In this document: positions 1 to 13,377 of the stretch, in pieces | How positions within the stretch are numbered: position 1 is the stretch's first letter | How the letters are laid out: every line of letters starts with the position of its first letter | Origin: Octopus bimaculoides | Taxonomy: Eukaryota | Reading direction: 5' to 3' | Length of the DNA stretch: 64,000 bases | Assembly (NCBI RefSeq): GCF_001194135.2 | Contig: NC_068989.1 | Location: forward strand, 49,162,940-49,226,939 | Program-made: the position numbers and the translations under genes | Notes under the pieces: generated by a model | Databases searched by the model: none | What the model was told of the DNA's origin: nothing | The model's input: the letters and a program-made list of their open reading frames with translations, nothing else

Positions 1-153
1 GGAAAGAGATATAAATACTTCTCTATATCTCTTTCTGTCACCACCTCTATGTTTCTCTTTTTCTCATACCCACCACTCTCTTTCAATGCACATGCAAACA
101 CACACACACACATATGTATGTATGTGTATATATATATATGTATGTGTATATAT

Positions 154-544
154 NNNNNNNNNNNNNNNNNNNNNNNNNNNNNNNNNNNNNNNNNNNNNNN
201 NNNNNNNNNNNNNNNNNNNNNNNNNNNNNNNNNNNNNNNNNNNNNNNNNNNNNNNNNNNNNNNNNNNNNNNNNNNNNNNNNNNNNNNNNNNNNNNNNNNN
301 NNNNNNNNNNNNNNNNNNNNNNNNNNNNNNNNNNNNNNNNNNNNNNNNNNNNNNNNNNNNNNNNNNNNNNNNNNNNNNNNNNNNNNNNNNNNNNNNNNNN
401 NNNNNNNNNNNNNNNNNNNNNNNNNNNNNNNNNNNNNNNNNNNNNNNNNNNNNNNNNNNNNNNNNNNNNNNNNNNNNNNNNNNNNNNNNNNNNNNNNNNN
501 NNNNNNNNNNNNNNNNNNNNNNNNNNNNNNNNNNNNNNNNNNNN
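154..544. other. assembly gap (N run)
   Basis: N run flanked by (TA)n; it produces the spurious X-filled ORFs at 49-750. Confidence 0.99.
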
Positions 545-576
<32 letters not shown>

Positions 577-1642
577 TGTGTGTGTGTGTGTGTGTGTTTG
601 CATGCCACTGTCTTTGAAAGAGATACTAGATTGAGAGAGAGAGAGAGAGAGAAACAGGTGGAGAGTAAAACAAGAGAAAAATAAGAGGACATGATAGAAA
701 GATATATGAGAAAAAGAAAGAAATATGTACTTAGATGTAAGCATACACACATTTCCGTCAATGCAATCAATATAGGCAAATATAAACAGTTACCCACAAA
801 TACACACAAATACACAAGTTTTTATTGGAAGTTTTACTGCTAGCACCAAAAACTTTTGTGTGAAAGTAGGATATTATTTTGATAACATGAAAACATACTT
901 TTATTTCCCTCTGTGTTTCTTTTTTTTTTTGTATTTTCTTTTCCTCCTTTATTTTCTCATTTCAAAGGAATAACACATTTGTGTCGGAGGTTGATTCCTT
1001 ATCTTCTTGAAATAAGTGCTGCTATTGATTTAAAGTAATTAAATCGTTTGCAAACAGAATTACTATCTGTGTTGAGTGTTGTAATGGGTCATGAAAAAGC
1101 CACAGCTGAGTGAGTTCATGTGATGTTCACCTAGCAGTCAAAGGTGTTAGAGTTTATAATGTAACATTGGTGCAATATTGCCCATTAGTTGGTCTGCCCT
1201 GGCTGTAAATAGGTGCAATGATATGGGGGAGTGGGACAGCTCATCACCTTACAGTAAGCAGCAGTTAACTTATTTATATGGTGAATATCTCATTAGCTTG
1301 CCAATCTGGGTTCAAATTGTCCCATGAGTGCAACTTACAGAGAGAGAAACAAACTCTACTATGCGAATTTATTTATTTATATATATATATATATATACTT
1401 AATAGCTTATGAGACCTGTTCAGTAGGTTACCATATCAATTATATTGGTGCCTGATTTAATTTGGTGACCTGAAAAATAGTGGGTGAGTGGGGGCTTCCT
1501 CACTTTGATAAATGTATCTACCTCGAAAAGTCATTGGAATGAACAAGTCATATGATACAACTAGAATAGATTTGGACCATATTTGCCTTGGTTTCTACAT
1601 TTTGCTAGAATTAAGCATTTAGGCACATAAATATGGTAAAAT

Positions 1643-2010
1643 AGTTGTGTGGTAAGAACCTCCTTCCCAACCACATGGTTCTGTGTTCAGCCACGCGGCA
1701 TGGCACCTTGGGTAAGTGTCTTCTACTATAGCCTCAGGCCAACCAAAGCCTTGTGAATGGATTTGGTAGATGGATACTGAAAGAAGCCCATCATATATAT
1801 ATTTGTGTATCAGTGTTTGTCCCCCACCCTCGTTTGATAACCGATGTTGGTGTGTTTATGTCCCCATGTTTTAGCAGTTTGGCAAAAGAGACTGACAGAA
1901 TAAGTACTAGGCTTACAAAGAATAAGTCCTGGAGTCAATTTGTTCAACTAAAGGCGGTGCTCCAGCATGGCTGCAGTCAAATGACTGAAACAAGTAAAAG
2001 AATAAAAGAA
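1643..2010 (+). mobile_element. tRNA-derived SINE, family A
   Basis: tRNA-like head (gtgtggtaag...ggttctgtgttcagcc), body gcaccttgggtaagtgtcttctactatagcc and tail gtcaaatgactgaaacaagtaaaagaataaaagaa; many similar copies in the window. Confidence 0.85.
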
Positions 2011-2206
2011 AAAGAATATACGTATGTATATTCAAGTTATGAAAGTAGTCCATGCTTGTATACAATAACTGTAAGCAAGGACAAGATTGGCAGCAAATCT
2101 AGGGAAGAATTTCATATACAATAGACAATTGCTTTTGGAACTGCATGTTCTTAAAAATTTTAATAATAGCTACTACTATTACTGCTGTTTTCATCACAAT
2201 ACTTAC

Positions 2207-2281
2207 ATCTGTTTTCCAAGCTAATATAGGTTGGACTAAAATTATTCATGCTGATAAATGTTTTCCATTGCAGCATCTTTC
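2207..2281 (-). CDS. candidate internal exon (75 nt, phase 1/1), product unknown: (G)KMLQWKTFISMNNFSPTYISLENR
   Basis: acceptor ctttctttgatacattttag|G, donor GAT|gtaagt, only one open frame; no recognisable homology. Confidence 0.3.
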
Positions 2282-2617
2282 CTAAAATGTATCAAAGAAA
2301 GCTTTAAGCCTAGAACAGTGGACAATATAGCAAAGATCAGAGTCTTATTAAATAAGACAGAGTACAAAATCTCAGAGGTTCTTAGGTGGTGTTGCTCAAT
2401 GTACAAGAAAGGATTTAGTCAAAACTCAACCTGTATACATAATGCCAACAGTGGGTGCACACAAACTGGCTAATTAGCAGGGGAACCAGGAATTTAGATG
2501 AAGAAGAATGACAATATACTCTACTTCAGGATTATCTAGCTAATACCATTATGAAAAATAATGGATGTTAAAATGGAGATAATGAGGAATATGCTAATAA
2601 TAAGTATAAATGTATGT

Positions 2618-3056
2618 TTAATTCTTTAGCATTCAGGTCACCTTATCAAATGTAATGCTTATTAATTTACATTCATCATCATCATCATTTAATGTTCGTT
2701 TTCCATGCTGGCATGGGTTGGAATGTAGTGGGTGCTTTTTACATGCCACCGGCATGGGTGCCAGTTACACAACACTGGCTTTAGCCACAACTATGTTCTT
2801 ATTTGGTTCGACAGGTCTTCTTAAGTACAGTATACTGCCAAAGGTCTCAGTCACTTGTCCCTGCCTCTGTGAGGCCCAAAGTTTGAATGGTGCTTATCAA
2901 GCATCATTTCAGAGCTTTGTTATTTCGATGATATGATTGTTTATCTTTAGAATGACATTGTAGGGTAGATGTGATAAACCAGATCTGACCAGGCTTAATA
3001 TAAAACAGGTTGAATATTTTGGCTGGATATGTCTGGTTTAAACATTAAAGGATTAA
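2618..3056 (+). mobile_element. TTAA-ended MITE (M1) interrupted by a family B SINE fragment (~2672-2890)
   Basis: ends ttaattctttagcatt...aacattaaaggattaa; body shared with copies at 8857, 12625 and 15007. Confidence 0.7.
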
Positions 3057-5044
3057 ATCTGGGTCTATGAGTCATGACGCATGAATAACAGTAAAATAGT
3101 GACTCACCCAGACTCAACTTTAAATATAAATATAACCCCACTCTATCTAACAGTATTGAGAACATCCTTCAGCTTAATTGCTTTTCAGTGAAACTTCCAG
3201 CCAGTATATACATGTTTGTTCATTTTATGTCATTTTCCCCCCTCCCCATGGGTTAAACAAATACATGTTATTGAGGTATTGTTTTACTGTCATATGTCCC
3301 TCCTGTTATTAACCTTACATGCTCATCAAGTAAGTAATCCTTCTTTTATTTATTTACTCTTTTCTTTTCTAATACATCTTCAAAAGCAAAAAAAGCTAGC
3401 AGATGATTTGCTGAGGAATTATCACCATTTATAGGCCAAAATTATTTTTATGCAATCAGAGACTGTAAGCATTCACACATATACAAATGCAGTGAGTTTC
3501 ATACAGTTTCCGTTTAAAATAAATTCCAAGTCAAATATCAAAGAGATGAATAATACAAAGTCAATGGGTACAGTATTTCAAACAGAATAGAAGTTATTCA
3601 GAAAGAATCTCTCTTTCTTCCCATCTCTTTTTCACACATACACAATATAAGACCTCATGATTATACAAACAAAATAATCACATTCCTAAGGAAAATCATG
3701 AGTATCTTTATTAATATTAGATACTCAAAATATTCACACTGCTTATTGACAGAAGGTTCCAAAGAAGAATTTCATCAAAGGAAAATTTTAGCATTGTAAT
3801 TTTGAATTTCTATGTACACATGTCTGTAGAGCAATTCAGCTTATGGTTGCTACCCAGGTTTCGAGGAAGAAAATTAAACTTCTTAGAATCTACCCAGGAA
3901 CTCAATCACATTAGCTATTAGCAGAAGATAATAGTGGACACTGCTTTTATACCACAAGCACTGATAAAAACAAAAATCAAAGAACACAATTATGACCATT
4001 GATCTCTTGAGTTAAGATGAAACGATAAAATTTGGTCATGAGCCGAGATGAAAGCTAAAGCCACTTAGTTTAGGAGCTTAATATGCCAGCAACTTTACTA
4101 ATCTACAATATCAGATGTTCATTCATATTTATACAAAAGAAACATTTATGGAGTTTCATAATGTTTTTATGAAACAACTGACCTACGTTTGATTAATGTT
4201 TGTGTGTGAATTTCCCTAGATGTTAATTACCTAAGCAGTTATCCTTACACATTTCACGAAACAGAAGAACATCCAGTTCCTTACAAGTAGGTATACGAAA
4301 CATCACTGTTCTGCTATAGCTTTAAATAGCTTATGAAGGAATATTTGAAAAGCAATAGTTATTGGCATCTTATTGAAACTAGAGGAATAAAGAAAGAGAA
4401 AAATCTAGACAATAATTCAGCATACGCATAGAAGTTGTCCATTTATAGCACAGAATTAATAAGAAAATTATACAATAGATATTATAATATTACCTTGATC
4501 TATTCAATAAGTTTTGTAAGGCAAGTGCTCCTTTCTTACTCTTCTCTTAATCTTTTGCCTCTTTATTTCCTCGAAATTAAGCTATCAAAACTTCACACAT
4601 GATATGAATAAACAATCTTTGTCATCATTATTATTATTACAGTTATTGTAATTAATTTTATTTACACTATTAAAGACCTTAAGAAAAGCATGAAAGTCAC
4701 TGGCCCACATTGCTCTCTCCCAGTGAAAAGCAGTGATTTTAGAGATGCCTTTACATTACAATTTTATTCTTTCTCATAGAGAGCATTTAGGTATAATCAT
4801 GAAATTACACAAACATAATTATCAATAACTATTTCTAATTCAGGTATATGAATAGCAATTCAAAGGAGAGGGTATTATTAATAACATTGACCCTGCACTT
4901 GCAGCATTTTTTATTTCATTGCCCTAAAATGTGAAAGCTGCATTTGACCTGGGCAGGATTTGAGCCCAAAACACCAAGAGCCAGAAAAAATAATTCTGCA
5001 TGACATTTTGTCCATTGATTCTACCAATCTACCACCTGGTAATC

Positions 5045-5088
<44 letters not shown>
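5045..5088. repeat. (GAT)n microsatellite
   Basis: direct reading; source of the poly-D ORF at 4960. Confidence 0.95.
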
Positions 5089-5089
5089 A

Positions 5090-5604
5090 AAAGGCCCGGA
5101 TGCAGTACCAGGCAGTGGCTCTCATGGCTTCTGATCTTAATTGATTGGATGTGTTATCATGTACATTGTTTTGTCTTGGTATAAAGGATGGGCTACAGCA
5201 AATATTCTGCTTAATACCACAGATTTGCTTGTCACTTGTTTGACCTTAACCAGTTGAGCATGTCCCTTGGTGGCTGACGCTATGTGCATCTCTAATCATG
5301 ATCAGAAGTAGTGGAAGAGCATCATAGCCATACATTGAGAGGAATTCTTTGAGGTTTGAATAACTCACCTTTGGAAACATGGGACCTTTTGAGTGGAATG
5401 GGCTACTCTGAAGAAAATTCTAACTGGGCCCCCACCTGTGAGGTCATGCACTGTTTATCTTGATATGAGATCACCATGTCGCAAACATATGGTTGTGATG
5501 CATGTGCCTGGTGTACCCTTATCAGATGGGTAGTTATGATAGGTATACTGGGCTTCGTATATTTTACCCCAGTGTCACTTTGATGGCATGCACTGCTCTT
5601 TCAC

Positions 5605-5642
<38 letters not shown>
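5090..5642 (+). mobile_element. ~500-bp retroposon (SINE or LINE 3' end) with (AAT)n tail
   Basis: GC-richer block ending gcatgcactgctctttcac followed by (AAT)n. Confidence 0.6.
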
Positions 5643-5643
<1 letters not shown>

Positions 5644-5862
5644 GTTTCAAATTTTGGGTACGGGGTTAGCATTTTTGTTTTTATTGAAAGGAGTGGAAAG
5701 TGTTACATCACTTCAGTACTTGACTGGTACTTATTTTATTGACCCCAAAAGGAAGAAAAGCAAAGCTATCGCAGCAGAATTTGAGCTCAGAGTGTAAAGA
5801 CAATCGAAGTGTTACTAAGCAGTTTGTATGCATGTTAATGGTTCTGCCAACCCACTACCTTA
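5641..5862 (-). mobile_element. SINE, family E
   Basis: ggtttcaaattttgg...ctggtacttattttattgacccc...tttgagctcag; similar to copies at 18352, 48686 and 57745. Confidence 0.75.
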
Positions 5863-5899
5863 AATAATAATAATAATATTACTTTTTTTTATTTTTGAA

Positions 5900-6125
5900 G
5901 GTAGTGGGTTGACAGAATCATTAGTTTTAGAAAGAATGCTTTGTGGTATTTATTCTGGCATGTTATGTTCCAAGTACAAATCCTTCTGGAGTAAATTTTA
6001 TTTTCCCTCCCTCTGCGGTTGATAAAATAAAGTAACAATCATGTACCGGGTCAATGTAATCAACAAACCTCCTCAACTCAAAAACTGCTGGCCTTGTGCC
6101 TAAAGCGGAAGATTATTATTATTAA
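5900..6125 (+). mobile_element. SINE, family E (opposite orientation to its neighbour)
   Basis: reverse complement of family E, ending ctggccttgtgcctaaa...attattatt. Confidence 0.65.
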
Positions 6126-7534
6126 CATGACATAATTGTCGATGTGTCACTTTAAGATCAAAATCAATTACTGTAGAGTTGGAGGTGTGTGTGTGGGGGG
6201 TGGTCAGAGTTAAAGTCAGTTAAATCATCTCCAATATATTTCTGATATTTATTATTTTGTGAATACTGTCAAGAACCCCACTTCACTACAGAATAACAGT
6301 ACAGTGTTAAGTTGAACAAACTGGCTCTAATTTTTGATATGAAACCACTTACTTTGCCAATACCTTAGAGAAAATATATGAATATCAACAAATTAAGTTA
6401 CTTTCCATTTATAATTCTGAGGATTCATTGCCCATTATGAGAAATCATCATTAAAACGCTGTCTCTTATACTTGTTTGCTATATACCATTAATAAAATAC
6501 TTCATCATTCTTACAAATCAGATACTAGCAGTTATTAGTCAATATAAATGATTTCTCTATACAATTTTACTACCCTCTATGTTTATGTATTTTGTATGTT
6601 TGGTTGTTGTTGCTGTTGTTGTTAATATTTTGTTGTTTATTTTATTTTGTTTTATATATTTATTTTTTTACACCAGCTTATTCATTGAGTTATCTGTGAC
6701 ATATATTAACAACTACTTAACACATTATTCTACCTCTCGAATAACACAGATTTTCCTCAGCAAAAAAAAATTCCACTTCTTCGGACATTAATTGAGAAAG
6801 CTCTCAAGTCAGGAAATCATGGAAGACAAGTTTCCTAATTTGATAGTGTCATATAAGAGAACATAACAAATTCCAAAAGTATAAAAGAAAATAAAAATAA
6901 ATGGAATAAATTCTACACTGCCTAACTACTTGAACAAAATAGCGTATTAAGAAAATAGAAAATATGACTATTAATATTATTATTCATTATTATCATTATT
7001 TATTATTATTATTATTATTGTTATTATTATTATCATCATCATCATCATCATTATTATTATTATTATTATTATTACTACTACTACCATCATTATCCTCTTC
7101 TTCACATCACTATTACTGAAACACTAAAAATGGCGTTAAAACAGTAGAAACAATTAATAAAGTGAAACGTGACAGTTGTTCTGGTGAAGTAGAGAACTGT
7201 AGCACTACTTCTTAACAGTGTATTCTCAGAATATTCTAAAACAACATTATAGTTTCCATTAGTTCACAAAATATCTTATAGCAAATAAACTCATGTTTCG
7301 GTTGTAAATATTCATGCAGATTCCCTTGAGACTTTGGAAAACAAGTATGAAAACATTGTGAAAATAAAAATGTATATTGTTTAGTTTGTTCTCCAGTGAA
7401 ACTACCAAGCAGGAGTATAAACTGAAAAGAATCGCAATCCTTGTATAAAGCAGTGTGATTTATGATTTCATTAAATATAATTAACTGAGGTGAATGTAGT
7501 TTCCTTCATCTGATATCAAGGACAACATTTTCAT

Positions 7535-7786
7535 TGTCATATTTCAGAGAAAATGCACTGATTATGTGTTTGAATTAATTTTGAACATAATAAGAATTTG
7601 AAGAAAGATTTAAAGAACAAACTTTTTAATAGGTATATTAAGCTGGTGTTTGAAATGACTTAACAAAAGATTTTTTTAAAAATAGAATTATGATTTAATT
7701 TAAGCATAAATATTCTAAAAGCAGGCAATTGTGCATCAAAGAACCAGAAGTAGTCCCATGTGGGTTAGTACCAGTAGGGTTTTAAT
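7535..7786 (-). mobile_element. TTAA-ended MITE (M2), diverged
   Basis: reverse-complement similarity to 14949-15376 and 26787-26992 (attaagctggtgtttg core). Confidence 0.5.
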
Positions 7787-8188
7787 AGCAAATGGTTATC
7801 ATTTGCATGGACTTTGATAACAGATGTTCAAACAAGGTTGGTGGGTGTGATTTGATTTGTTACATATGAAATGTGAAATTCAGAGAAAGACAATAGAAAT
7901 ATGTTATGAAAGGGAGAGAGGATCTGCATATTAGAGGCTAAATAATATGGTACGCGGTGTTGAGAAGGGAAGAAAAATAAAGTGATGAAGGAGCGAGAGA
8001 GGGTAATTTTGAGTATGCAATTAAAATATACAAAGAATCTTAAGCTTGTGAATAAAATAAAAGAAAATCATGTCAAATGGATGTAGGATTCTGCTTCATG
8101 ACCACACAACAATATGGGCAAGTTGACTCCAACCATAGAATAAGATTGATCAATACTTTGCGAGTGTAATTTGGTAGGCTGGAACTGC

Positions 8189-8194
<6 letters not shown>

Positions 8195-8282
<88 letters not shown>
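8195..8282. repeat. (GT)n microsatellite
   Basis: direct reading. Confidence 0.95.
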
Positions 8283-8283
<1 letters not shown>

Positions 8284-8440
8284 TGGAGGTACATGGACTA
8301 GTAGTTAATGTGTTCAGTTCGTGATCATTAGCTAACTGGTTCAATTCCTGGACTAATTGTATCTTTGAGCAAGGCACTTCTTTCTTGTTCCAGTTTACTC
8401 AGTTGCAATGAGTACCAGCTGAGTGCTAGGGATACTCTCT
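8283..8440 (+). mobile_element. tRNA-head SINE 5' part (family F)
   Basis: A-box-like tggactagtagtt, B-box-like ggttcaattcc, then ctttgagcaaggcac. Confidence 0.55.
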
Positions 8441-8581
8441 CTCTCCCACCAGCTGACACCAATTTGGGTGTTCTGCTGAGTCAGCATATAGGGGCCTGAG
8501 ACATTTGTATCTGCTAGTAACTATACTGGCACCTAAAACATTTAAGGAAAACATGGTACATATTAACAAGTAATACTTATA

Positions 8582-8743
8582 CAGAACTGCCTTAGCATCA
8601 TTCCCTGGGCAAATGAATACATTGAGCCCTATAATATACTTTTATTGACTGCAAGCTACATCATACACACATCATAATTGGGCCCTGGACCTGTGAGGAC
8701 CCTGAACAACTGCTCGGTGTGCCCATGCCTTAAGACAGCCCTG
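8582..8743. mobile_element. hAT-type MITE, 162 bp
   Basis: imperfect TIR cagaactgcctta / rc cagggctgtctta; 8-bp TSD tacttata (8574-8581) vs tacttaca (8744-8751). Confidence 0.75.
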
Positions 8744-8856
8744 TACTTACAAGTGATACTGGCTGTGCAGCATGTGTTTGAGAGCATAGGATATAAGCAT
8801 CAGCAAGAAACCCAGAAAAAATGATGCTATATAAAAAAGATGCTTCTGGTATTGCA

Positions 8857-9060
8857 TTAGCCCTTTTAGCATTTAGATTACTCTGTCAAGTGTAATGCTT
8901 ATTCAGTTTATTTTGAATTAATTAAACATTATCTTGTAGCTTTCAGATTTTGATGATGTGATTGTTTATTTTTAGAATGACATTGTACAGTAGGTGTGCG
9001 TGGCAAAATTTAGCTGGTTTGGACATTAAACAGGTAGAATATTTGGTCCAGATATGACTA
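8857..9060 (+). mobile_element. TTAA-type MITE (M1), 3' truncated
   Basis: ttagcccttttagcatttagattactctgtcaagtgtaatgc...tagaatgacattgta shared with other M1 copies. Confidence 0.65.
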
Positions 9061-10271
9061 AAAAACTATTGTCACTCTTGCTCTCAGAAATGCAGTCGAC
9101 CTGTAACTGACCTGTGGGTGGCAAATTGCAATATAAAATAAAATAGATAAATTGCAGATGGTAGCAGAAGAAAAAGTTGACCAAGGAAGATGTTATTTCA
9201 TAGTTGGAGTGGAGTGTTCTATTTAACAGATATTTTAAGAAGTAGGCCCATTTGGTCAAAAGACAAAACAAACCATGAACTGATTATAAAAACGATGGCA
9301 ATGGGTGAAACCCCATTCAAAATCTTTGCTCAATGCAATGTTAATGGGAAACACACCAAAAATATATTTCTATACTTCTCACATATTTCATAATTGTCTT
9401 TTCCCCTCTCTGTTCAATTGTTTGATCGATACACTTTAAGATAGGTACTGTAAGATGCCAATATAGTGTTGATATGAGTGACATGGCTTGTCAATGCATA
9501 ATTGTATATATTAGAACAAGCAGCTATATGTTCTATATATTATACTTCAGTATGTGCTCAAAATATTTAAATATCCAAAACTGAATGAAAAAGAAAACTG
9601 TAACTTTTGAAAAGGCAATATAAGTGATCTACTTGATTGCAAAACAGACTGACTGTCTAAAATACATAAGTACCCTGTCATGTTAAGTTTGCATTTTATT
9701 TCTTTTTATCACTGTTATTACAATAAACTCTAATCTTCTCAATTTCTTTAATTCTATACCCAACAGGTAGAAACTTCCTATTTTTGAAATGAGATAAGAG
9801 GGTATTTGGTAGTATTCATACCTTTCCCAATCACATTAGAAGTTGATTCAGAAATGGATTTCTTACTTTTTACTAGGTTCCTAGCCCTGCTAGAAACAGC
9901 AACCAAATCACCATCAAATAACACTCCTGCATTGAATAAGGTAAAAGACTCATTAAACACAATTCAACTTCTCTGACTAATGAACATCCTGTCTTGTTTC
10001 ATTGCCTATTTTATCACAACTACAACACCTGTTTTCAAAACTAATTATTGTACACCATTTCAATGTAGTCTCATGCATCACACCTTGCTCTCCTCCCTTG
10101 TCACTCAGACTGACACCTTTATCCTTCCTGCCCAACAGATTGAACCTTTGGAAATCCATCTCATGTTTTGCCTGTACACATCAAATAAGCATTAGTTACA
10201 ATAATCTCAAGGATCTGAAAAGGCCTTTAAATGCTATAAGTACTACCCATGCCTCAGTCATACAAACTTAC

Positions 10272-10340
10272 CCAGCAGTGTACAACTTTTATCTTTCTGA
10301 AATCTGTATTGGATTTGTACTTGCTTAGCAATTGATTTCA
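10272..10340 (-). CDS. candidate internal exon (69 nt, phase 1/1), product unknown: KSIAKQVQIQYRFQKDKSCTLL
   Basis: acceptor tttcaattcttgggtttcag|T, consensus donor TGG|gtaagt, only one open frame. Confidence 0.35.
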
Positions 10341-11606
10341 CTGAAACCCAAGAATTGAAACTGGAAGTGATAGTATAGCAACTTAATAATGTATAAAAGT
10401 GTTAAATTCATTTCATAAGGAATCAAAATTTTCATCACACAGCTGCAACCTGGCAACTGACACAGTTTCACTCCAGCTTTGGCACTTTGTGAAATAAATA
10501 AATTTAAAGTGAATTTAACAGTTTTTGTGTGTCATTAAATGGCTAGATGATGGGCTCTTCTACAGTGTAATTACTTGATTTATACCACTGTAGAACTAAT
10601 TACATAGTTGATGTATGAGCTTATTCTTATACAGATTGGTAATTTCTGTCCTACTGCTATTATTCTCTCTCTCTCTCTCATTGATGGATGGATGGATAGA
10701 CAGACAGATCCCACACTAAACTGTCTACCTTTTCAGTCCCACTACTCAGCCTATTCAATTTTTTTTTTTCTTCTTCAACAATAATCAAGCAGTATCTATT
10801 CCAGCTCAAATGCAGCTTGAGCTGATTTCACTTATCCAATCCAAAACAAAACTTGTCCCTTTAAAGAAGTTGGTTTAAAATATGAATAGTGCCCTTTTAC
10901 TGAACATCAAATAGACAAAAGATCTATGTTTCACAAAACAGCAATCACTGCTTCTTTACCAACTGTTTCCTACCTTAATCATTAATCACTGCCTTCAAAT
11001 ATGAAATCTAATCATTCAACCATTCCCTCATTCACATCATTTAACTTTTTCTATTCCTGATGCACATCACACAAGATCTGAACACTTTCTTTTGTATATT
11101 CAATATTAAATACATTATTTATGCACACACCCAGTACACACACAAAATAGCCATGATAAATAGGCACATTCATAAATTACAGTAAGCATTCATACATTCA
11201 CTGAAAGTTCTCATGATACACGCATGCATGTAACAGTCTTGGCACACATACATGTATACACAAATAACATTCACTCAACACAAACTCAAACATACGCTTG
11301 TAAATATCTCTAACACGTGCATAAAAAGGAATACTTATGATTCACAAATTAATAACACAAAAATTACTTGTACAGCACGCATAATACTCCTTACTCATGA
11401 GCATAATATATTCAAACTAAATTACTTTAATTTTCCATTTAAACATCTCAAACACAACTTTCATTTGTTGTCATTAAATGTGAAGAAAAAACTGATAAAT
11501 GAGATGTTTAAAGATAAAAATATGTAGATAAGAAGGAAGAAACAGAACAAAGAAGGTATGAAAAGGAAAAAACAAAAAAAAAATAACAGAAGATGGAGAG
11601 TCTTAC

Positions 11607-11685
11607 CCATCATGAATGACTTTATAGTAAGCATCAGTGAACAGGGAATGATTCATTATGATTAATGATAAAGATTTACAGAAAT
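11607..11685 (-). CDS. candidate internal exon (79 nt, phase 1/2), product unknown: (D)FCKSLSLIIMNHSLFTDAYYKVIHD(G)
   Basis: long pyrimidine tract ending gttcttgctag|A, donor TGG|gtaaga, only one open frame. Confidence 0.35.
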
Positions 11686-12685
11686 CTAGCAAGAACATCA
11701 AAATAACAACAAGAAAAGAAAACAAAAAAAAACACAAACACATACATATTGTATATAAAGCACACACATACATGGTGGGAGTAAAGATTGTGTGTAAGAT
11801 CTGATTTGATTTCAAATAATTTCTTTAAAATGAGACAGAAAAAACAAAAAAACATTAAAAAGATAAAGGTAATTAAAAAACAAGAAGGGAAAAAAAAAGA
11901 AAACACATATATACAAACAAAAAGAGAGAACCAAAAAGAAAGAAAGAATTAACATTATATAAACGACATTCAAAAAGTTATTAAATTCATTTGAAAATAT
12001 TAAAGAATAAAACGTTATGCAGTTGATTAATTTGACTAATGTACCTGCCATTTCTGTAATTACAGGACTTCCTGTAGTTATTTTGGCATTAACTACCATT
12101 TTCTATTGCACCCACCACCTTCTCTTTCACCTAACTACTTTATTTCATTTAAATTTGTTATATTTACAAAGTTTTTTAAAATTTTCTTTCCTTTTGTTTT
12201 CTTTCTTTTTTGTTGCCTCCCCCGTATTCCTAATTTGATTAAAAGTTAAGTTTTAAAAATGAGCCATTTATTTGTCAATAAATCTGATTTCAGCAGAAGG
12301 CTTCCATGTAAGCAACGATGCAGCAGCGTACATGTTAAAATGCATATCTAAATGCTTCCGCTGAGTTTTAAAGACAAAAACAGAAAAAGAAGATATAAAA
12401 GCGTAAGGAAACAAATATTAGTCGCTGTAACCTTGATCTTTTGACTGGAGAAACAACACTACGAAGCAATGATGATAGGCTAAATCACTTGGAATGGTAA
12501 AGAGAGAGAGAATAAACATAATAATGGAAAGAAAAACAGTAAGAGAGGGGAACAATTTGGCTGGGTAAGGAAAACTAATTGCTGTGATGTATATCTTTCA
12601 TTATGTATGATTGACTAGGATGGTTTAATCCTCTGGCATTCAGGTTACTCTGTCAAATGTAACGTTTATTTATTCAAATTGTTTT

Positions 12686-12840
12686 AGGCATGACTGTATG
12701 GTAAGAAGTTTGTTTCCCAACCACATGATTCCAGGTTCAATCCCACTGCATGGCACTTTGGGCAAGTGTCTTCTACTATAGCCTCAGGCTGACCAAAGTC
12801 TTGTAAGTGGATTTGGTAGATGGAAACTGAAAGAAGCTGG

Positions 12841-12885
<45 letters not shown>

Positions 12886-12888
12886 TGT

Positions 12889-12932
<44 letters not shown>

Positions 12933-13130
12933 TAAATCCCCAAAAGAACACAAAAAAACAACAATGTGAGAACGTGGTACATGTAAAGTATTAGCAGACA
13001 CTCAGGGAAGGAAAGAAAGATTGTTTCACGTTTTGAGCAGACGCTCTTCTTCGGAAGCAGAGGAAAGTCCAATAGAAGGGAAGACGGAGGAAGAAAATTG
13101 CCAACGATTAACAAGTGGTTACATTTTGAA

Positions 13131-13173
<43 letters not shown>

Positions 13174-13377
13174 TATGTTTGTTCCCCCTCACCACCACTG
13201 CTTGACAACTAGTGTTGGTGTGTTTACATCCCCATAACTTAGCAGCTTGGCAAAAGAGGCCAATGAAATAAGTACAAGGCGTAAGAAATAAGTCCTGGGG
13301 TCGATTTGTTCAACTAAAAAACCCTTCAAGGTAGTGCTCCAGCATGGTTGCCATCAAATGACTGAAAGAATAAAAGA
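12686..13377 (+). mobile_element. SINE family A, with an insertion in its internal (GT)n tract
   Basis: head ggttcaatcccactgcatggcactttgggcaagtg and tail caaatgactgaaagaataaaagaa; (GT)n on both sides of the 12931-13135 insert. Confidence 0.85.
12931..13135 (-). mobile_element. Penelope-like element terminal fragment with degenerate minimal hammerhead motif
   Basis: minus strand reads CCGAAGA-A-GAGC-gtct-GCTC-AAAACGT, i.e. the CTGANGA...GAAAC pattern with two core changes. Confidence 0.45.

Noticed and set aside
49-750. Long ORFs spanning N runs (also at 19-21 kb, 39 kb, 53 kb and 56.8 kb)
   Set aside because: Open only because N codons and (TA/CA)n tracts contain no stops
12684-13212. HTHT/VCVC/SLSL-rich ORFs here and at 8073, 38614, 50013 and 63148
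   Set aside because: Translations of microsatellites and SINE bodies
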